Shown: positions 56,449-64,000 of the stretch, in pieces
Numbering within the stretch: position 1 is the stretch's first letter
Layout of the letters: each line of letters begins with the position of its first letter
NCBI GenBank assembly: GCA_002269645.1
Contig: NIVC01000495.1
Coordinates: forward strand, 1-64,000
Direction: 5' to 3'
Source of the DNA: Macrostomum lignano
Taxonomy: Eukaryota
Length of the DNA stretch: 64,000 nucleotides
Made by a program: the position numbers and the translations under genes
Notes under the pieces: generated by a model
Seen by the model: the letters and a program-made list of their open reading frames with translations, nothing else
What the model was told of the DNA's origin: nothing
Databases searched by the model: none

Positions 56449-59400
56449 TAGGCAGGCGGGCAGGCAGGTAGGCAGGCGGGCAGGCAGGCGGGCAGGCAGG
56501 CAGACAGGCGGGAAGGCAGACAGGCAGGCAGGTAGGCAGGCAGACAGGCAGACAGGCTCACCTGAACATGGCGTCAAGCCACTTGCCGTACAAGGCCCGA
56601 ACTTTCCTGCCATCCTCATCGAACACGTAGCCGTCAACCCGGTGGTGGCTGGGGCTGAGCCAGGATGCCGGGTGCCAGCTGAGCTCAGCCTTGCGGCCGC
56701 TGCCGTGGCAGGTGATTGTCATGTCGCCGAACTGCAGTTGGGCGTGAAAAATTTTTAATTAGTCACTTTGGCCCATCTCGGCATTTAAAGTGCACTACAT
56801 GTAGCACCTCCGAGAAGTGCAGTCCCTTCTTACATGCTCAATCCACAGCTTCCCAATGATGATGTTGTGGATTTTGCACTGCACATTCTGCCAGGTGTAC
56901 ACCTCGCCGCGCCTGGGAAACTCCAGCGTCACCCAGCCCTTCGGGCAGACCTCCACGGATTTTCCCCAGAAGCTGAGGCGGGGCGTCACGCTGCCGTGGA
57001 AGCGCCAGGCGCTGTCCGAGGACTCGGCGTGGAAGGCGCTGATTGGCGGGTGGTGAGAGACCTGCTCGCACACCATCCGGAAGCCGCCACCCTGCTCGTG
57101 GGTTCTGAGGGTTGCAGGTCCACAGAACTTACATGGAGAACGGACTGTCCACATATGATCCTGTGCTAGAAACTGGGAAGGGTCTTGTACATAGGAACAA
57201 TGGTCTTGTACATAGGAACAATGGTCTTGTACATAGGAACAATGGTCTTGTACATAGGAACAATGGTCTTGTACATAGGAACAATGGTCTTGTACATAGT
57301 AACAATGGTCTTGTACATAGGAACAATGGTCTTGTACATAGGAACAATGGTCTTGTACATAGGAACAATGGTCTTGTACATAGGAACAATGGTCTTGTAC
57401 TAAAGCACTGTAACAAAATGCATGCATGAGCACGTTGTTCTATCCGGTTGGGGAGACAGAAATATAGAGAAAAGGAGACATTTGATCTGAGAGCGAGAAT
57501 GAAGTTGATGAGGCTTAGAAACTGGGCTCTCTCCAAAGCGCCAGTACGTAGAAAGTGAGCGCACGACATGCCATCATCTGTTCGGCGGTCCCAGCTGCAG
57601 TTTCTCTCCGCCATCAGCGCCGCATGGCCTCCTTCCATTTTCCCAGTCCCCAGCAATCAATTATTGATCCACTGCGGGCCATTAGCCCAGCAGGGGGCCT
57701 CGGCAAAGCAAAGGTGCAGCCGCTCACCCAGTCGGTTCAGCAAACCCGGCCTCCCGATAGGCGCATCGCACTGAAGCGGTTCCGGCTCTCCAACGAGCCT
57801 CTCGGCGCTCAAGACTCTGGCTCGGGAAAGCACTCTAAAAGTCAATTTTTTTTCTTCAGCTTCGTCACTCTATCTTTCAGAGACCAAAAGCAGTAAATGC
57901 GTTTGGGAAAAATTTTGTTAACACTCTGCGGCAGAAATTTACGACTAACATGCTTCATGCGCTTTACGCTTTATTTACGCTTCATGCAGAGCGCTAAAAG
58001 TAATTACGGCAGGGCTAGAGCTAGGGCTAGGGCTAAGGCTATGGCTATGGCTATGGCCAGGGCTAGGGCGGCTAGGGCTAGGGCTAGGGCTAGGGCTAGG
58101 GCTAGGGCTAGGGCTAGGGCTAGGGCTAGGGCTAGAGTTACGGCTTGGGCTAGGGCTAGGGTTAGGAGTGATAGACAGAGGGCTATAGCTAGGGCTAGGC
58201 TTAGGAGTGATAGAGGGCTATAGCTAGGGCTAGGGCTAGGGCTAGGGTTAGGAGTGATAGACAGAGGGCTATAGCTAGGGCTAGGGTTAGGAGTGATAGA
58301 CAGAGGGCTATAGCTAGGGCTAGGGTTAGGAGTGATAGAAAGAGGGCTATAGCTAGGGCTAGGGTTAGGAGTGATAGAAAGAGGGCTATAGCTAGGGCTA
58401 GGGTTATTAGTGATAGACAGAGGGCTATAGCTAGGGCTAGGGTTAGGAGTGATAGACAGAGGGCTATAGCTGCTTAAACCCGCATTTCTCTTCTTGACAG
58501 TCCCTCTCACCTTGAGCTGTCACCCATGCCATGTTCAACTTGGCTGCAGTTTGGATGCTGCGCTTTCTCCCAACTCCAACATATCAATTTATTTATAGTA
58601 AACTGAATAGGCATGCGATTCCAATTCCCCCCCCCCCAACACAGCACCAGCAGCAGTCCCAGATGGCCATAAACCAAACAACAGCTCCTGAGTCCCACAC
58701 AAAAGTTCTCCTGCTATTTATACAAGGTGCATAATACGAATACATGCAAGCCCATACATGTATATTATTAGAATTCTGGTTGAATCAACTTCAACCTACC
58801 AGTACTCCTGCCATCAAATAGGGGCCGTTTTAATTCACTCTTTGCAAGCGGCAAAGCGGCAGGAGGAGGCTGCAGGAAGCACTATTAAGATGAGGCCAGA
58901 GGCCATGCAGGCTGCAGGAGGTTCCGTTGTTGGTGCTCTCCACTGAGCACACAGTGAGCCCAGGCCAGGGAAGCGAACTGACTAAAACTACTCCATTGTC
59001 CTCATCGGACTCACCTGAGCACTGATGGAGAACGAGAGGGAGAGAGAGAGATGGAAAAGCAGAATCCAGTTTCCTGGCCCTCTCGCCTTGCCCACTTGCA
59101 AGGCTGCATGGATCGCAGCTGTTTCAGGCATTGCTAGAAGCGGCTGCAGAAGGGCGGGTGTCCAGTCCAACTACACTGGCGCTGCACTGGCGCTTATTCA
59201 CCCTGGGAAACGCTTGCCAAACTGGCTTTGCAGTGAAATGGATTGTGGCAATAGCGGAAGGCATGGCAGTGTCGCGGACCAAAGACCAATTTAACCACTG
59301 GGAGCAACGCGGATCGGGCCAAAAACCGCTGTGAGTGTAGTGAAAAACAAAGGACTAAAAAAGTACTTCACCCTCTAGAACTACAGGTAATCGAACCAAG

Positions 59401-62400
59401 GACCAGTAGGAGTATAGGGAATCGAACCAAGGACCAAATAGGAGTACAGGGAATCGAACCAAGGACCTGTTGGAGTACAAGGAATCGAACCAAGGACCTG
59501 TTGGAGTACAAGGAATCGAACCAAGGACCTGTTGGAGTACAAGGAATCGAACCAAGGACCTGTTGGAGTACAAGGAATCGAACCAAGGACCAAATAGAAG
59601 TACAGTGAATCGAACCAAGGACCGAATAGGAGTACAGTGAATCAAACCAAGGACCAGTAGGAGTACAGTGAATCAAACCAAGGACCAGTAGGAGTACAGT
59701 GAATCGAACCAAGGACCAGTAGGAGTACAGTGAATCAAACCAAGGACCAGTAGGAGTACAGTGAATCGAACCAACGACCAGTAGGAGTACAGTGAATCAA
59801 ACCAAGGACCAGTAGGAGTACAGTGAATCGAACCAAGGACCAGTAGGAGTACAGTGAATCAAACCAAGGACCAGTAGGAGTACAGTGAATCAAACCAAGG
59901 ACCAGTAGGAGTACAGTGAATCAAACCAAGGACCAGTAGGAGTACAGTGAATCGAACCAAGGACCAGTAGGAGTACAGTGAATCAAACCAAGGACCAGTA
60001 GGAGTACAGTGAATCAAACCAAGGACCAGTAGGAGTACAGTGAATCGAACCAAGGACCAGTAGGAGTACAGTGAATCAAATCAAGGACCAGTAGGAGTAC
60101 AGTGAATCAAACCAAGGACCAGTAGGAGTACAGTGAATCAAACCAAGGACCAGTAGGAGTACAGTGAATCGAACCAAGGACCGAATAGGAGTACAGTGAA
60201 TCGAACCAAGGACCAGTAGGAGTACAGTGAATCGAACCAAGGACCGAATAGGAGTACAGTGAATCGAACCAAGGACCAGTAGGAGTACAGTGAATCGAAC
60301 CAAGGACCGAATAGGAGTACAGTGAATCAAACCAAGGACCAGTAGGAGTACAGTGAATCAAACCAAGGACCAGTAGGAGTACAGTGAATCAAACCAAGGA
60401 CCAGTAGGAGTACAGTGAATCGAACCAAGGACCAGTAGGAGTACAGTGAATCGAACCAAGGACCGAATAGGAGTACAGTGAATCGAACCAAGGACCGAAT
60501 AGGAGTACAGTGAATCAAACCAAGGACCAGTAGGAGTACAGTGAATCAAACCAAGGACCAGTAGGAGTACAGTGAATCGAACCAAGGACCAGTAGGAGTA
60601 CAGTGAATCGAACCAAGGACCGAATAGGAGTACAGTGAATCGAACCAAGGACCAGTAGGAGTACAGTGAATCGAACCAAGGACCGAATAGGAGTACAGTG
60701 AATCGAACCAAGGACCAGTAGGAGTACAGTGAATCGAACCAAGGACCGAATAGGAGTACAGTGAATCAAACCAAGGACCAGTAGGAGTACAGTGAATCGA
60801 ACCAAGGGACACAAAAACCAGGCACAGAGCACACTAGATCCTTAACCCTGTCGAGTCTCACCTGTCCAATTCATAGGTCTCTCCCATCAGCGGGTTGAAC
60901 GGCTTTCCCAGGCGGTCCCAGTTCGAGGAGACGGCCGACACAGCGAATGCTGCAATGAGCTGCGGGAGGTGCAGCGGCGGCTCAGAAGGCGCAATCTTCC
61001 AGCTTCAAGTTGCCCAATGAAAACCTGAGCACAATTAGCCAACTTACTTCCAGCCTCTCAGTCGGGCAGTCGCACTGCTCAGCCTGGAACAGCAGCTCCG
61101 AGTACTCCAGGTACTCGCAGATTCGCTGCAGAAACGACAGCGGCTCGTTGAAGTTCACCGGCATGGCGATTTTGGTCAGCTCCTGCGAGCACGGGGGAAG
61201 GGGAAGGTCGCGGGTTCGAATCGGGACGTGGGCCTTTTCAGCTCTCTCATCGACGGGCAGTGCACACTGGCAATGGGCCCTCAATGCCCCTATAGAATCG
61301 AACGGAATCGAACCTCGGTCCCGCCAGACTACAAGCCCATAAGACTGGGTGTGCGTTGGATCGCTTCCTGCATGCGAGTACAAAGAAGTTCCTTTCCGCA
61401 TAAGCAGCCAATAGCAGGCGGGCTACAAAAGTACAACTCGCTCTCCTTCGACAGCTGATTCAAGGATCCTGTGGGCGACTTGGAAGTGAGATTAGCGCAG
61501 CCGACAGGGAAGGAGATTTCCCCTGGCAACGGCGCCTGCGTCCCCAAGGGTGCTAAGAGAAATATTGGGAAGAATTGGGGGCCAAAATTTGCAATGGCCT
61601 CAGCCTGAGATCGATGAGGGCCAGAGAGGCTGGATCGATCCTTTTTGCGCGGCTTGAATTAATTCCCCAGGAATTTCGCTACCTATAGTGCTCAGCATGG
61701 CCAGTGACCTCGGCAGTTTCCCGCGGTTCCGGCTCAGCGATTGAAGTCCGAGCGCAGCTCAGAGGAGGTGGAGGAGAGAAGCTGGACGGGCTGGAGGGCG
61801 GGGTGGGGAATTTCGCGGGCGGGGCAATTAGTGGCCGGCCGGGTGCGCGCAAGTGCTGGGGGGGGGCAAATTACACGAACAGAGGAGACGGCCGGCAGCA
61901 GTGCAGAGTGCCCGGGCGTGACGGACTGAAGCAGGGAAATAGAGGGCAGGCAGGGGGACTCAAATCTCTCTATCTAAATAGGGCGCTGGGCCGGACTGCC
62001 GATGGAAAGTTAATTTAGCAGCAGGAGGGCCGGCAGAGCAGCTTCTGCTCGACTTTCTCAGGCAAAAATGCTACTACGATTGGCTGTCCAGCAGCGTTCA
62101 AGACTCTCAGTGGAGTTTTTAAGCGATTTGCTCGGAAAAGTTTGAAATCGAGGGGATGATGAAGCGAGGCTCATTCCTGACTTTCCTGACATTCCTAACT
62201 TTCCTGACATTCCTCACTTTCCTGATATTCCTGACATTCCTGACTTTCCTGACATTCCTGACTTTCTGACTTTCCTGACATTCCTAACTTTCCCTGACTT
62301 TCTCATCACCAGGCATGTACACTATTGTGCTGTTGACCCTCACGAGCGTGAACCCCACGACAAGCCCAAGCGGAATCGTCTTTCAAGAGTTACAGACACG

Positions 62401-62668
62401 TTTCCAACCAGCCCTTTCAGGACTTGAAAAATGAACCATTTCAAAGAATTTCATTTTAATACTTTGAATTTAGGAACAATATAGTAGGCCTGTTGGTTCT
62501 AGGGTAAATACTGTTTATCTCGCGCTCGTAATTAACGAGGGTACGCGCGTAAATAAAAAATTCCGCTAGGCGCCAGGTCTGCTCAACTTTACCTTGCCAA
62601 TGCAGTTTTTCAGGATGCTCCACACGTTGAACTCAGCTCTGGAGGGCATCTCAGCGGGCAGCTGGCAG
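55039..62668 (-). CDS. Oxysterol-binding protein-related (OSBPL1/OSBPL2-type ORD), 5' end unresolved
   Basis: Exons 62593-62668, 61048-61182, 60862-60959, 56834-57104, 56562-56731, 55039-55663 with consistent phases. Motifs [38 protein letters not shown], the OSBP signature EQVSHHPP, and the C-terminus ...CPDIY*. A possible first exon 63309-63327 (MADEEN) is phase-incompatible without another exon. Confidence 0.92.
56180..56556. repeat. (GACA)n/(GGCA)n compound microsatellite
   Basis: Adjacent to the donor of OSBP exon 56562-56731. Confidence 0.95.
57180..57400. repeat. 21-bp minisatellite GGTCTTGTACATAGGAACAAT, ~10 copies
   Basis: Period 21; OSBP intron 57105-60861. Confidence 0.95.
58010..58470. 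repeat. (CTAGGG)n hexamer tract grading into a 39-bp higher-order repeat
   Basis: Pure GCTAGG run at 58070-58135, then GGGCTATAGCTAGGGCTAGGGTTAGGAGTGATAGACAGA with period 39. Confidence 0.92.
59375..60805. repeat. 31-bp minisatellite GTAGGAGTACAGTGAATC(G/A)AACCAAGGACCA, ~46 copies
   Basis: Period 31; ends about 55 bp from the donor of OSBP exon 60862-60959. Confidence 0.97.
62175..62305. repeat. 9-bp repeat TTCCTGAC(A/T)
   Basis: About 14 degenerate copies in OSBP intron 61183-62592. Confidence 0.85.
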
Positions 62669-63640
62669 CTGTGTCATGGAAAACGGGGGCAAGGATGTTG
62701 GCCAGTCAGTTTTGATGTCCTTGAGGCATCGCCAAGGACTATTAATGATAAAGCAGAGTTTCAAATCGTCCAGCTGTGCATAGCTAGGCAATGGGGGGCT
62801 CATCAAAAGTGCACGGTGCAGGCGCAGGTGGGCAGCCAGGCCTCAGGAGCCCCAAGCTAATGATCGGAGCGGCACGAAGCGCAGACTGCAAGCAGAAAAG
62901 GCACGCTTAGGAAATAATGAGGACTCAGGCAGATGGCTGGGCGGGCCTTCGATCGGGCCGGCTGAAACGAAGAGGAAAAATTTCCTAACCGAGGAACAGA
63001 GAGCCGGGAGACTGCTCAAGCTTGATACGATTCAGTTGACAGTCTGTGTAACTTCAATTAGTTTTTTAAGGCCTCGTCAGACTATTGCAGAGTTGTGAAA
63101 ACCGGCTAAGAGAGACCCGAGAGCACATTTCGAGGAGAGTTTTGCTACTACGAGCTAAGGAGGGCTGCGCGCACCCTGGCGCAACGCCTTCGGCGACATC
63201 GTCCAAAACCAGCGGTGAGGCGATTCTGCCCATTGCGCTGACTGCAGAAAGCTGCGGCTCACCGGTATCCATTGACAGCGGAGGAGGCGGTCGCTTCGGT
63301 CTGCTCACCGTTCTCCTCGTCCGCCATGCGAGCGGCAAGCAGTGAAAGCAGATTAGGAATTGGCGCGCAAGACAACGGGTGGCCGTGGCCTCTCACAGTT
63401 AGCAGAGAGAACGCGAGGCCAGCTGTGAGTTCATTGCCAGCAAACTTAGGCGGCGCAGCTGCAGAGTTGAACAAGCAGCTGCGGTGCGGAGGCAGACTCG
63501 CTCCGTATTTATACAATGGGAGGACGGGATGCAAGGCGAGACTTGGCAGCAGGGCCGCTGAGGGCAAGTGTAGGAGAAAGAATTTGATTTGCTCAGCGCG
63601 TGCGGGGAGGCTGGAACTGAGGGACAGAATAGGCTGCATC

Positions 63641-63674
<34 letters not shown>

Positions 63675-63864
63675 GCACGCGTCATCAAATTTGAGAACAA
63701 GCGGACGCGATTAAGCAACTGTCCCAGCCCCCTGGCCTAACCGGTCCCAGGACCGGTCTGCAGGTACAGCCGCTTCGATTGCTGCTTTTTCTGCTCTGAG
63801 AATTCTTTGCTACCCACACATGAATAAATGGGGCAAGGATTGATGACTGAAAGAGTGACCTGCG

Positions 63865-64000
63865 AGCTCTGAGGGTGAGGGAGTGACATTGAAGATCTGA
63901 GAGGGTGACGGAGTGACATGGGAGATCTGAGAGGGTGACGGAGTGACATGGGAGATCTGGGATGGTGACGGAGTGACATGGAAGATCTAGGATGGTGACG
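63865..64000. repeat. 30-bp minisatellite GAGGGTGACGGAGTGACATGGGAGATCTGA, runs off the window
   Basis: Period 30 (63901, 63931, 63961). Confidence 0.85.

Noticed and set aside
62900-63330. Candidate N-terminal OSBP exons (63309-63327 and 62925-62961)
   Set aside because: Phases only join through a very weak GTCCTC donor; left unresolved.

Overview
Eukaryotic (animal) genomic DNA with GC-rich exons and introns filled by short tandem arrays. The style suggests a free-living flatworm such as Macrostomum; this is inference and not confirmed. Genes I could assemble by hand: the 3' part of a PPM1G-type phosphatase (+, with single-base indels), a two-exon calmodulin-like protein ending in a CaaX-like motif (+), a complete 21-exon PLC-beta4/NorpA-type phospholipase C (-, 7415-28348), a divergent bestrophin (+), NADH-cytochrome b5 reductase (+), a PIGW/GWT1-type inositol acyltransferase (+) and an OSBPL1/2-type oxysterol-binding protein (-, N-terminus unresolved). 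Mobile DNA: a decayed APE-RT-RNase H LINE with a target-site duplication (TSD), two further fragments of that family, a 551-bp MITE with an 8-bp TSD and four copies of an old tRNA-headed SINE-like repeat. About 28 different mini/microsatellites sit almost only in or beside genes. The most interesting signals are these. Some arrays interact with splicing: one may supply a frame-restoring acceptor, another carries 13 perfect donor motifs. One array is built from a tRNA B-box-like unit. Unit lengths cluster near helical-turn multiples. PIGW exon 1 has no ATG but would be in frame with a flatworm spliced-leader AUG. The LINE 3' end has a conserved RNA structure. No prokaryotic systems or CRISPR are present. 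Most long ORFs in the supplied track are repeat artefacts. All coordinates and copy numbers were counted by eye.
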